From: Neoechinorhynchus agilis
Taxonomy: Eukaryota > Animalia > Acanthocephala
DNA length: 64,000 nt
Direction: 5' to 3'
Assembly (NCBI GenBank): GCA_051530055.1
Contig: CM121342.1
Span: 10,927,480-10,991,479, forward strand
Below the pieces are notes generated by a model. The model saw nothing but the letters and a program-made list of their open reading frames with translations. It searched no databases and had not been told where the DNA came from. Position numbers and translations under genes: made by a program. The stretch's first letter is position 1; the number at the start of each line of letters is the position of its first letter. Positions 23,508 to 35,736 of the stretch are shown piece by piece.

Positions 23508-24296
23508 ATGTGCGTCTCGTTTTCCGTCATCGAAATGATTTATCCACTTTCTAGAACTCCGTATCTCTCTCTCCAGAATCGCACGTATTCGGAATGTCGG
23601 ATCATGAAGGCGAAAGGTAAACGTTGTGTCTCGTCTGCGTATAAACATCTCGAGCCCCTCAATCGTTTCCTTTCCCCTTGCAGGAAACTTTCCAGCGACT
23701 CTCCCATCGACACTTTTTTCCGTCAACAAACGTCTGGTTGGTCGAACTGTCAACAATCGGCTCCAGCTCCTATTGATCTCGGCGATATTACAGTTAATGT
23801 GAGTGCAATGCAAGACAACAACGGTTTACCTCATCATTACATTATGAACGATGACTACGATGATGGCTGGGAACAACGAGTGCTTGGTGTTCAACAACCG
23901 CCTGAATCGAATAGCTCCATTCTACTTGGACAGCAACCGGATTTCCTTGCAACACAACCTTCGACAACCGTGATAGATTCAACCACCGTTACCGCCTCAA
24001 CCGATTACTATGCTACCACCGACTTCTACTCGAATCAAGCCGAGTTCATGATTCCAAACAGTAATGTGAACCAGGCGCCCGTTCAACAACCGGCACCGCA
24101 ACCTGAACAGCAACCAGCACCTCCTAAAAAACCGCCAAGGAAACGTACGCGGAAAAAGGCTACTAAGCAATGCGGATGCAACCAGCAACCAATGGTCGAA
24201 TGTACGCAATGTAGAAGATTCTGTCATCAAGAACACGCTAAAACATTCACTAATGGGTACTTGTGTGCTGGATGCATACAGCAACAAAGATCATGA
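23508..24296 (+). CDS. Short protein (262 aa) ending in an ASXL/Asx-type atypical PHD finger preceded by a basic NLS-like stretch
   Basis: C-terminus CGCNQQPMVECTQCRRFCHQEHAKTFTNGYLCAGCIQQQRS-stop follows the CxC...M.xCxxCxxFCH...LCxxC pattern at the extreme C-terminus of ASXL proteins. Preceded by PPKKPPRKRTRKK. Confidence 0.6.
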   Translation: MCVSFSVIEMIYPLSRTPYLSLQNRTYSECRIMKAKGKRCVSSAYKHLEPLNRFLSPCRKLSSDSPIDTFFRQQTSGWSNCQQSAPAPIDLGDITVNVSAMQDNNGLPHHYIMNDDYDDGWEQRVLGVQQPPESNSSILLGQQPDFLATQPSTTVIDSTTVTASTDYYATTDFYSNQAEFMIPNSNVNQAPVQQPAPQPEQQPAPPKKPPRKRTRKKATKQCGCNQQPMVECTQCRRFCHQEHAKTFTNGYLCAGCIQQQRS

Positions 24297-24386
24297 GTGT
24301 TCGATATTGACATAATAAAATCAGTTACCAATAATTAAAACAACATAGGTTTTGCATTTAGGGACGATTGAACTCACACATTTAAT

Positions 24387-24875
24387 TCATTCGGTTACCA
24401 TTGAAGAGAATTCGTTGCATGTCATTATATCATTCGTTTCAATTAATGATTTAATTTCGTCTTCTAATGGGAAGTTCAATAAACTTACTACCGCGGCTGA
24501 TGGATCCGATTGTTGTGAGATTTGAATTTTTAACGTACACTGTATTAAGAGTTCTACTGTCTCTTCTTTTGTGAGAGCAATTGAACGTTCTTTAGGTACA
24601 TTGAGACGATACACCACTACCTTCGATTTATTTGAAATCGGTCGTCGGCATTGTTTGAATTCAATGGCCGTCAAAATCTTCGCTTTATGAATTATGCGCT
24701 CGCAGTAAGATGACAATTGACCTTGCGTTCTCCTTGATACTAGCGAACCAAATACCATTGGCGATCGATTAATTTGAATTATTGTCATGAAAATTTGCTG
24801 CCTATTGTTTCCCATGTCTGTTGTTAGTCCCCTAAACTCACCTAAGAAAAATAAACAGTTCCAATGATCGTCCAT
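24387..24875 (-). CDS. Unidentified ORF (162 aa), probably the last exon of a small gene divergent from BCS1
   Basis: Open frame with protein-like composition; no motif recognised. Confidence 0.3.
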   Translation of the reverse strand: MDDHWNCLFFLGEFRGLTTDMGNNRQQIFMTIIQINRSPMVFGSLVSRRTQGQLSSYCERIIHKAKILTAIEFKQCRRPISNKSKVVVYRLNVPKERSIALTKEETVELLIQCTLKIQISQQSDPSAAVVSLLNFPLEDEIKSLIETNDIMTCNEFSSMVTE

Positions 24876-25096
24876 TTATGCAATTTCCATTCGTTGAATA
24901 CGCTAGATAACGGTTGCCATAGTGACGAGAACAGCCAAACGGTTGAAATAGCATTTCCGCCCAATTGTTCAGTTTAGAAAAGCCGAGATATCTGACAAGC
25001 AAAAAATTAAACAATGACTTCTTCAATGTTCATTGAAGCCATAAGAAAGAATCGGCCCGGTTTGCTGTTAAGACCCTCTTTGAAAAGTCTGCCTTA

Positions 25097-26899
25097 ATGT
25101 CTTCAATTTTAAAAGATAATCCTTATTTTGGTGCTGGTTTTGGTCTTTTTGCAGTTGGACTGTGTGCCGCTTCAGCTAGGCGAGTTGGCCGCTACGTCGC
25201 ATGGACACTGAAACGTCGTTACATCACCACACTTGAGCTTACGTCCAGCGACCAATGTTATATGTGGGTCCTGGATCATTTGAACAGTCACTTTGGTCCA
25301 CGTGGACCTGCTCATTTGGCTATTGGAAATCAGTTGACAAAATCTGGTTCGGGAGCGCTTTTGGTGCCGTCAGTAGGAATCCATTTCGTTCAGTATGAAG
25401 GACGATGGATAAGGATTGAAAGAAAAAGGGAAAAGGTTACGCATTTGGGAACAGGTCAGTGTTCTATAGCTAAATACAAATACTCACTTCCAACTTAAAG
25501 GCGGTCTTTTTGAAACAATGACGCTTAGCGCTATAGGAACAAGTGGTTTAGTTACACGGAAAATGTTCGAAAACTTTATCCGTGAATCCATTCGAAGAGG
25601 ATTGAATGTTCAACACGATCACGTGATTGTGTATACGCCATATAGTAAGTCTTTTTTTGAAGAAAACAATCAGGATCTGTTATAAGTCAACGAATGGCGA
25701 CCATTTGGCCCTCCAAAGTCAAAACGATCATTAGAATCAGTTGTCTTAGACGTCGGGATCAGGGAAAAGATTGTAAAAGATGTCCAGGAATTCATTCGGT
25801 CCCGTCAGTGGTATTCAGACAGAGGTGTTCCTTATAGACGAGGATATCTTCTCCATGGACCTCCAGGATGTGGTAAATCGAGTTTTATTTACGCTCTAGC
25901 AGGTACACTTACTCACATTGCGTTCAATTGATCTCATCTATAGAATCGAAGGTTACCTTCAACACAGTATTTGCTTGCTTTGTCTCGGAGATGGAACCAT
26001 GACCGATGAACGAATGAACCTTTTGATGAATTGCGCGCCAGAGCGCTCTATAATTCTATTGGAAGACATCGACGCCGCCACTACACAAACGAGACAACAA
26101 CACTCGTTAGTTAAAATCTCGTTTTTGTCTTCATTTGCCTAGTAGAAAATACGAAGGATTGAATTTGCTAACTTTAAGCGGTCTATTAAACTCATTGGAT
26201 GGTGTGGCCTCAAGTGAAGGTCGTCTTGTGTTTATGACCACTAACTACGTTGAAAGGTATAGAAGCTTTTGATTTGGGAAAAAACATTAATTTTTGGAGA
26301 TGTGACGATCACAGCAGAAAACATGTTTGATTGAATTTTGAGATATTTCGCGAGTTGCTCTAATATACAGTATTCCGAAGGCAATTGTTGCAAGCTACTA
26401 AAACATTCATGCCAAATAATCGGCTGATGTGTTTTGTTTTGTGGATTTTCAGGGACTTCGTCTCAATTATGAAGAATGCCAAGCGGGCTATAAAAAAGGT
26501 CTTATTAAACACCATAAACATGAGTGCAAGTCATCTAAATAGATTTGGATCTTTTCTTATTGTATTTGGATTATGATCACCACCACATCTCCAACTCTAT
26601 CATTCCGATGGGCTTTCTCTCAATACTTCCATTTTTATTCACACAGATTGGACGAGGCGCTTACGAGACCAGGGAGAGTGGACTTTCAACAATATATTGG
26701 ACATGCTTCCGATTTCCAGCTAGCACAAATGTTCAACCGATTCTATTCCACGTCAGATTTGCAGAAAGATGAGTTCATACGGCGAGTACGCAACACAAGT
26801 TCTCATATAAGTCCTGCTGAACTTCAAGCCTTATTTATGGAGTTTAAAGATAATTCTGGAGATCTTATAAGACAATTGTCGACCAATACGAATAAATAG
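25097..26899 (+). CDS. BCS1L: Mitochondrial AAA chaperone BCS1 (6 exons)
   Basis: [17 protein letters not shown]-terminus, [32 protein letters not shown] (Walker A), ILLEDID (Walker B), [29 protein letters not shown]. Five GT-AG introns traced (e.g. 25455-25500). Confidence 0.97.
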
Positions 26900-27821
26900 T
26901 TATATTTCACCCGATCGTAAAAAGATTTAATTTTAGATGTTTATATACATCCACGTCACCAATCTGGATCACACAGCTACCGTCATGGTGTAATGATAGA
27001 AAAGACGGATGAAGTGTGTTGCAATAAAAAGCTTATGTTTTTGCAGGAGGAATACCCTCGGATCATCAGTGATTCGTCTCAATCTCTTAGACAATTGATT
27101 GACCAGGTCTTAAGCCGCGGTACCAAACGATCCGAGTATCTCGACGCCAAAGGGAACGAAATAATGATTTCGATTCAGGTCCCTGTATCTTGTCTTTTTG
27201 CGGTCCTCATCAGCGTTCGCTTTAACAAACGTAGCATTGACAAGTGTAGAACCAATCGCCTTCTATAGAAATTCGTGTCACCAAGTACTCTGATTCCGAA
27301 TTTGCGACTATTCTGATAAAATTTTGAATACCCGAAATCTGGAAGAAATTACAATTACGTCATTCTTAATTCTGTGTTGTTATTTTTTTCAGTTATGAGC
27401 CGTGCACTGTGCCGAAACGTTGCTGTGTAACTGGGCGTTTTGATTTTTGAACATCTTTAGCGGATCGGGTATTAAAAGAAATTCGTTAGTTTGATTTTTT
27501 TGCGCATTTAATAGTTGTTTTGATGGGTCTTTCATTTTATTTCCACCGCATATGCTGCTCTTTCTCAACAATGAAATTCTTTGCTTGCAAGCAGACATTC
27601 TTTAGTTGAATATTAGAAAATTTTTACAAATAAAAAGCCGCCGAGATCGTACTTTTCAAACAAAACTTACCAATGCCAGCATTCAAGTTTTTAAAGTCAA
27701 ATGTTGCGACCCATTTACTGCTCCATGAATGTTTATGATAACCTTTCAATTCACTTGCGTCACTTTAAGCTTTTCTTCTTTATTTCATTAGCTTCAGCAC
27801 AGGGAAATGATCACGTTCGAT

Positions 27822-30800
27822 TTGTTACTTTGAATAGCTTGTTTTTGTATTTCTTGTTCAACGGTTCGAAAATGCATTACGTTACCTTTTTTTGGAATAA
27901 ATCCCATATTCATCCTTTCATTTTCCTTGTTGTATATCCTAAAGAGTCTGAGCTGACCTTCGAAAACTCATTCTTGTTTATTTGTTACTTTGAAAAGCTT
28001 TTTTGTATTTCTTGTTCCACCGTTCGAAAATGCATTATGTGACCTTTTTTTGGAATAAACCCCATATTCATCCGTTCATTTTCCTTGTTGTATATCCTAA
28101 GGAGTGTGAGACGACCTTCGAAAACTCATTCTTGTTTATTTATTACTTTTGAAAGCTTTTTTGTATTTCTTGTTCCACGGTTCGAAAATGCATTATGTGA
28201 CCTTTTTTTGGAATGAATCCCCTATTCATCCTTTCATTTTCCTTGTTGTATATTCTAAAGAGTCTGAGCCGACCTTCGAAAACTCATTCTTGTTTATTTG
28301 TTACTTTGAAAAGCTTTTTTTGTATTTCTTGTTCAACGGTTCGAAAATGCATTATGTGACCCTTTTTTGGAATAAATCCTATATTCATCCTTTCATTTTC
28401 CTTGTTGTATATCCTAAAGAGTCTGGAAAGACCTTCGAAAACTCATTCTTGTTTATTTGTTACTTTGAAAAACTTTTTTGTATTTCTTGTTCCACCGTTC
28501 GAAAATGCATTATGTGACCTTTTTTTGGAATAAATCCCATATTCATTCTTTCATTTTCCTTGTTGTATATCCTAAGGGTCTTGAACGACCTTCGAAAACT
28601 CATTCTTGTTTATTTGTTACTTTGAAAAGCTTTTTTGTATTTCTTGTTCCACCGTTCGAAAATGCATTATGTGACCTTTTTTTGGAATAAATCCTATATT
28701 CATCCTTTCATTTTCCTTGTATATCCTAAAGAGTCTGAGCTGACCTTCGAAAACTCATTCTTGTTTATTTGTTACTTTGAAAAGCTTTTTTTGTATTTCT
28801 TGTTCCACCGTTCGAAAATGCATTATGTGACCTTTTTGGAATAAACCCCATATTCATCCTTTCATTTTCCTTGTTGTATATCCTAAGGAGTGTGAGACGA
28901 CCTTCGAAAACTCATTCTTGTTTATTTGTTACTTTGAGAAGCTTTTTTTGAATTTCTTGTTCCACCGTTCGAAAATGCATTATGTGACCTTTTTTTGGAA
29001 TAAATCCCATATTCATCCTTTCATTTTCCTTGTTGTATATCCTAAAGAGTCTGAGACGACCTTCGAAAACTCATTCTTGTTTATTTGTTACTTTTGAAAG
29101 CTTTTTTGTATTTCTTGTTCCACGGTTCGAAAATGCATTATGTGACCTTTTTTTGGAATAAATCCCATATTCATCCTTTCATTTTCCTTGTTGTATATTC
29201 TAAAGAGTCTGAGCCGACCTTCGAAAACTCATTCTTGTTTATTTGTTACTTTGAAAAGCTTTTTTGTATTTCTTGTTCCACGGTTCGAAAATGCATTATG
29301 TGACCCTTTTTTGGAATAAATCCTATATTCATCCTTTCATTTTCCTTGTTGTATATCCTAAAGAGTCTGAGCTGACCTTCGAAAACTCATTCTTGTTTAT
29401 TTGTTACTTTGAAAAGCTTTTTTTGTATTTCTTGTTCCACGGTTCGAAAATGCATTATGTGACCCTTTTTTGGAATAAATCCCATATTCATCCGTTCATT
29501 TTCCTTGTTGTATATCCTAAGGAGTGTGAGACGACCTTCGAAAACTCATTCTTGTTTATTTATTACTTTTGAAAGCTTTTTTGTATTTCTTGTTCCACCG
29601 TTCGAAAATGCATTATGTGACCTTTTTTTGGAATGAATCCCCTATTCATCCTTTCATTTTCCTCGTTGTATATCCTAAAGAGTCTGGAAAGACCTTCGAA
29701 AACTCATTCTTATTTATTTGTTACTTTGAAAAACTTTTTTTTGTATTTCCTGTTCCACCGTTCGAAAATGCATTATGTGACCTTTTTTTGGAATAAATCC
29801 CATATTCATCCTTTCATTTTCCTTGTTGTATATACTGAAGAGTCTGAGCTGACCTTCGAAAACCCATTCTTGTTTATTTGTTACTTTGAAAAGCTTCTTT
29901 TTGTATTTCTTGTTCCACCGTTCGAAAATGCAATATGTTACTTTTTTTGGAATAAACCCCATATTCATCCGTTCATTTTCCTTGTTTTATATCCTAAAGA
30001 GTCTGAGCTGACCTTCGAAAACTCATTCTTGTTTATTTGTTACTTTGAAAAGCTTGTTTTTGTATTTCTTGTTCCACCGTTCGAAAATGCATTATGTGAC
30101 CTTTTTTTGGAATAAACCCCATATTCATCCTTTCATTTTCCTTGCTGTATATCCTAAGGAGTGTTAGACGACCTTCGAAAACCCATTCTTGTTTATTTGT
30201 AACTTCGAAAAGCTTCTTCTTGTATTTCTTGTTCCACCGTTCGAAAATGCATTATGTGACCTTTTTTTTGAATAAATCCTATATTCATCCTTTCATTTTC
30301 CTTGTTGTATATCCTAAAGAGTCTGAGCTGACCTTCGAAAACTCATTCTTGTTTATTTGTTACTTTGAAAAGCTTTTTTTGTAATTCTTGTTCCACCTTT
30401 CGAAAATGTATTATGTGACCTTTTTGGAATAAACCCCACATTCATCCTTTCATTTTCCTTGTTGTATATCCTAAGGAGTGTGAGACGACCTTCGAAAACT
30501 CATTCTTGTTTATTTGTTACTTTGAGAAGCTTTTTTTGAATTTCTTGTTCCACCGTTCGAAAATGCATTATGTGACCTTTTTTTTGGAATAAATCCCATA
30601 TTCATCCTTTCATTTTCCTTGTTGTATATCTAAAGAGTCTGAGCGACCTTCGAAAACTTATTCTTGTTTATTTGTTACTTAAGCTTTTTTGTATTTCTTG
30701 TTCCACGGTTCGAAATGCATTATGTGACCCTTTTTTGGAATAAATCCCATATTCATCCTTTCATTTTCCTCGTTGTATATCCTAAAGAGTCTGGAAAGAC

Positions 30801-33800
30801 CTTCGAAAACTCATTCTTGTTTATTTGTTACTTTGAAAAACTTTTTTTGTATTTCCTGTTCCACCGTTCGAAAATGCATTATGTGACCTTTTTTTGGAAT
30901 AAATCCCATATTCATCCTTTCATTTTCCTTGTTGTATATACTAAAGAGTCTGAGCTGACCTTCGAAAACACATTCTTGTTTATTTGTTACTTTGAAAAGC
31001 TTCTTTTTGTATTTCTTGTTCCACCGTTCGAAAATGCATTATGTGACTTTTTTTGGAATAAACCCCATATTCATCCTTTCATTTTCCTTGTTGTATATCC
31101 TAAAGAGTCTGAGATGACCTTCGAAAACTCATTCTTGTTTATTTGTTACTTTGAAAAGCTTTTTTTGTATTTCTTGTTCCACCGTTCGAAAATGCATTAT
31201 GTGACCTTTTTTTGGAATAAACCCCATATTCATCCTTTCATTTTCCTTGCTGTATATCCTAAGGAGTGTTAGACGACCTTCGAAAACCCATTCTTGTTTA
31301 TTTGTAACTTCGAAAAGCTTCTTTTTGTATTTCTTGTTCCACCGTTCGAAAATGCATTATGTTACTTTTTTTGGAATAAATCCCATATTCATCCTTTCAT
31401 TTTCCTTGTTGTATATACTGAAGAGTCTGAGCTGACCTTCGAAAACCCATTCTTGTTTATTTGTTACTTTGAAAAGCTTCTTTTTGTATTTCTTGTTCCA
31501 CCGTTCGAAATTGCAATATGTTACTTTTTTTGGAATAAACCCCATATTCATCCGTTCATTTTCCTTGTTTTATATCCTAAAGAGTCTGAGCTGACCTTCG
31601 AAAACTCATTCTTGTTTATTCGTTACTTTGAAAAGCTTGTTTTTGTATTTCTTGTTCCACCGTTCGAAAATGCATTATGTGACCTTTTTTTGGAATAAAC
31701 CCCATATTCATCCTTTCATTTTCCTTGTTGTATATCCTAAGGAGTGTTAGACGACCTTCGAAAACCCATTCTTGTTTATTTATTACTTTTGAAAGCTTTT
31801 TTGTATTTCTTGTTCCACGGTTCGAAAATGCATTATGTGACCTTTTTTTGGAATGAATCCCCTATTCATCCTTTCATTTTCCTTGTTGTATATTCTAAAG
31901 TCTGAGCCGACCTTCGAAAACTCATTCTTGTTTATTTGTTACTTTGAAAAGCTTTTGTATTTCTTGTTCAGTTCGAAAATGCATTATGTGACCCTTTTTT
32001 GGAATAAATCCTATATTCATCCTTTCATTTTCCTTGTTGTATATCCTAAAGAGTCTGGAAAGACCTTCGAAAACTCATTCTTGTTTATGTTACTTTGAAA
32101 AACTTTTTGTATTTCTTGTTCCACCGTTCGAAAATGCATTATGTGACCTTTTTTTGGAATAAATCCCATATTCATTCTTTCATTTTCCTTGTTGTATATC
32201 CTTAAGAGTCTGGGAAGACCTTCGAAAACTCATTCTTTTTTATTTGTTACTTTGAAAAGCTTTTTTTGTATTTCTTGTTCCACCGTTCGAAAATGCATTA
32301 TGTGACCTTTTTTGGAATAAATCCTATATTCATCCTTTCATTTTCCTTGTTGTATATCCTAAGGGGCTTGAACTGACCTTCGAAAACTCATTCTTGTTTG
32401 TTTGTTACTTTGAAAAGCTTCTTTGTATTTCTTGTTCCACCGTTCGAAAATGCATTATGTGACCTTTTTTTGGAATAAATCCTATATTCATCCTTTCATT
32501 TTCCTTGTATATCCTAAAGAGTCTGAGCTGACCTTCGAAAACTCATTCTTGTTTATTTGTTACTTTGAAAAGCTTTTTTTGTAATTCTTGTTCCACCTTT
32601 CGAAAATGTATTATGTGACCTTTTTGGTAAACCATATTCATCCTTATTTTCCTTGTTGTATATCCTAAGGAGTGTGAGACGACCTTCGAAAACTCATTCT
32701 TGTTTATTTGTTACTTTGAAAGCTTTTTTTGAATTTCTTGTTCCACCGTTCGAAAATGCATTATGTGACCTTTTTTTGGAATAAATCCCATATTCATCCT
32801 TTCATTTTCCTTGTTGTATATTCTAAAGAGTCTGAGCCGACCTTCGAAAACTCATTCTTGTTTATTTGCTACTTTGAAAAGCTTTTTTGTATTTCTTGTT
32901 CCACGGTTCGAAAATGCATTATGTGACCCTTTTTGGAATAAATCCTATATTCATCCTTTCATTTTCCTTGTTGTATATCCTAAAGAGTCTGAGCTGACGA
33001 AAACCCATTCTTGTTTATTTGTTACTTTGAAAAGCTTCTTTTTGTATTTCTTGTTCCACCGTTCGAAAATGCAATATGTTACTTTTTTTGGAATAAACCC
33101 CATATTCATCCGTTCATTTTCCTTGTTTTATATCCTAAAGAGTCTGAGCTGACCTTCGAAAACTCATTCTTGTTTATTTGTTACTTTGAAAAGCTTGTTT
33201 TGTATTTCTTGTTCCACCGTTCGAAAATGCATTATGTGACCTTTTTTTGGAATAAACCCCATATTCATCCTTTCATTTTCCTTGCTGTATATCCTAAGGA
33301 GTGTTAGACGACCTTCGAAAACCCATTCTTGTTTATTTGTAACTTCGAAAAGCTTCTTCTTGTATTTCTTGTTCCACCGTTCGAAAATGCATTATGTGAC
33401 CTTTTTTTTGAATAAATCCTATATTCATCCTTTCATTTTCCTTGTTGTATATCCTAAAGAGTCTGAGCTGACCTTCGAAAACTCATTCTTGTTTATTTGT
33501 TACTTTGAAAAGCTTTTTTTGTAATTCTTGTTCCACCTTTCGAAAATGTATTATGTGACCTTTTTGGAATAAACCCCACATTCATCCTTTCATTTTCCTT
33601 GTTGTATATCCTAAGGAGTGTGAGACGACCTTCGAAAACTCATTCTTGTTTATTTGTTACTTTGAGAAGCTTTTTTTGAATTTCTTGTTCCACCGTTCGA
33701 AAATGCATTATGTGACCTTTTTTTTGGAATAAATCCCATATTCATCCTTTCATTTTCCTTGTTGTATATTCTAAAGAGTCTGAGCCGACCTTCGAAAACT

Positions 33801-35440
33801 TATTCTTGTTTATTTGTTACTTTGAAAAGCTTTTTTGTATTTCTTGTTCCACGGTTCGAAAATGCATTATGTGACCCTTTTTTGGAATAAATCCCATATT
33901 CATCCTTTCATTTTCCTCGTTGTATATCCTAAAGAGTCTGGAAAGACCTTCGAAAACTCATTCTTGTTTATTTGTTACTTTGAAAAACTTTTTTGTATTT
34001 CCTGTTCCACCGTTCGAAAATGCATTATGTGACCTTTTTTTGGAATAAATCCCATATTCATCCTTTCATTTTCCTTGTTGTATATACTGAAGAGTCTGAG
34101 CTGACCTTCGAAAACACATTCTTGTTTATTTGTTACTTTGAAAAGCTTCTTTGTGTATTTCTTGTTCCACCGTTCGAAAATGCAATATGTTACTTTTTTT
34201 GGAATAAACCCCATATTCATCCGTTCATTTTCCTTGTTGTATATCCTAAAGAGTCTGAGCTGACCTTCGAAAACTCATTCTTGTTTATTTGTTACTTTGA
34301 AAAGCTTGTTTTTGTATTTCTTGTTCCACCGTTCGAAAATGCATTATGTGACCTTTTTTTGGAATAAACCCCATATTCATCCTTTCATTTTCCTTGCTGT
34401 ATATCCTAAGGAGTGTTAGACGACCTTCGAAAACCCATTCTTGTTTATTTGTAACTTCGAAAAGCTTCTTTTTGTATTTCTTGTTCCACCGTTCGAAAAT
34501 GCATTATGTTACTTTTTTTGGAATAAATCCCATATTCATCCTTTCATTTTCCTTGTTGTATATACTGAAGAGTCTGAGCTGACCTTCGAAAACCCATTCT
34601 TGTTTATTTGTTACTTTGAAAAGCTTCTTTTTGTATTTCTTGTTCCACCGTTCGAAATTGCAATATGTTACTTTTTTTGGAATAAACCCCATATTCATCC
34701 GTTCATTTTCCTTGTTTTATATCCTAAAGAGTCTGAGCTGACCTTCGAAAACTCATTCTTGTTTATTCGTTACTTTGAAAAGCTTGTTTTTGTATTTCTT
34801 GTTCCACCGTTCGAAAATGCATTATGTGACCTTTTTTTGGAATAAACCCCATATTCATCCTTTCATTTTCCTTGCTGTATATCCTAAGGAGTGTTAGACG
34901 ACCTTCGAAAACCCATTCTTGTTTATTTGTAACTTCGAAAAGCTTCTTTTTGTATTTCTTGTTCCACCGTTCGAAAATGCATTATGTGACCTTTTTTTGG
35001 AATAAACCCCATATTCATCCGTTCATTTTCCTTGTTGTATATCCTAAAGAGTCATAGCCGACCTTCGAAAACTCATTCTTGTTTATTTGTTACTTTGAAA
35101 AACTTTTTTGTATTTCCTGTTCCACCGTTCGAAAATGCATTACGTGACCTTTTTTTGGAATAAATCCTATATTCATCCTTTCATTTTCCTTGTTGTATAT
35201 CCTAAAGAGTCTGAGCTGACCTTCGAAAACTCATTCTTGTTTATTTGTTACTTTGAAAAGCTTTTTTTGTATTTCTTGTTCCACGGTTCGAAAATGCATT
35301 ATGTGACCTTTTTTTGGAATAAATCCTATATTCATCCTTTCATTTTTCTTTTTGTATATCCTAAAGAGTCTGTGCTGACCATCGAAAACTTATTCTTGTT
35401 TATTTGTTACTTTGAGAAGCTTTTTGTATATCTTGTTCCA
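27822..35440. repeat. Satellite array, ~158-bp AT-rich monomer, about 48 copies
   Basis: TTCGAAAATGCATTA recurs at 27865, 28023, 28181 and onward (158-bp spacing). Each monomer has two TTCGAA sites, and usually one AAGCTT and one ATGCAT. Confidence 0.98.
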
Positions 35441-35736
35441 CTGCTATTGAAAGCCAACTTTTATTGGGTCAGATTTTTCATCAATATAAAATTCAAGCTG
35501 TTCTAATTTTCACGTTTCATGGCTGGATAAACGAAATGTACAAATAAGTTGTCTGCTTTTTAAATGATTGTAAATTGAAATGGCTTTCCCTTTATTCAGC
35601 TTTTGTTTACATTCGAATGAAGAATTTTTGTATTCTTCTAACATTTCCCAGAGCGAACGCTTCGTTTGCTTTGTCGCAATTGTACGTCAAACTAGTGAAA
35701 CGCTTTGAACCGCGCATTGAGTTAAAATCTAGTGGA

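Noticed and set aside
26936-27600. Short ORFs after BCS1 with intron-like GT-AG segments
   Set aside because: I could not assemble a consistent gene model or recognise a product.
27822-35440. CRISPR-like look (constant repeat plus variable site) and many 60-200-aa ORFs
   Set aside because: The variable site is only ~12 nt with recurring variants, the unit is 158 bp, the context is eukaryotic and there are no cas genes. The ORFs are chance open frames of the monomer, broken by frequent indels.
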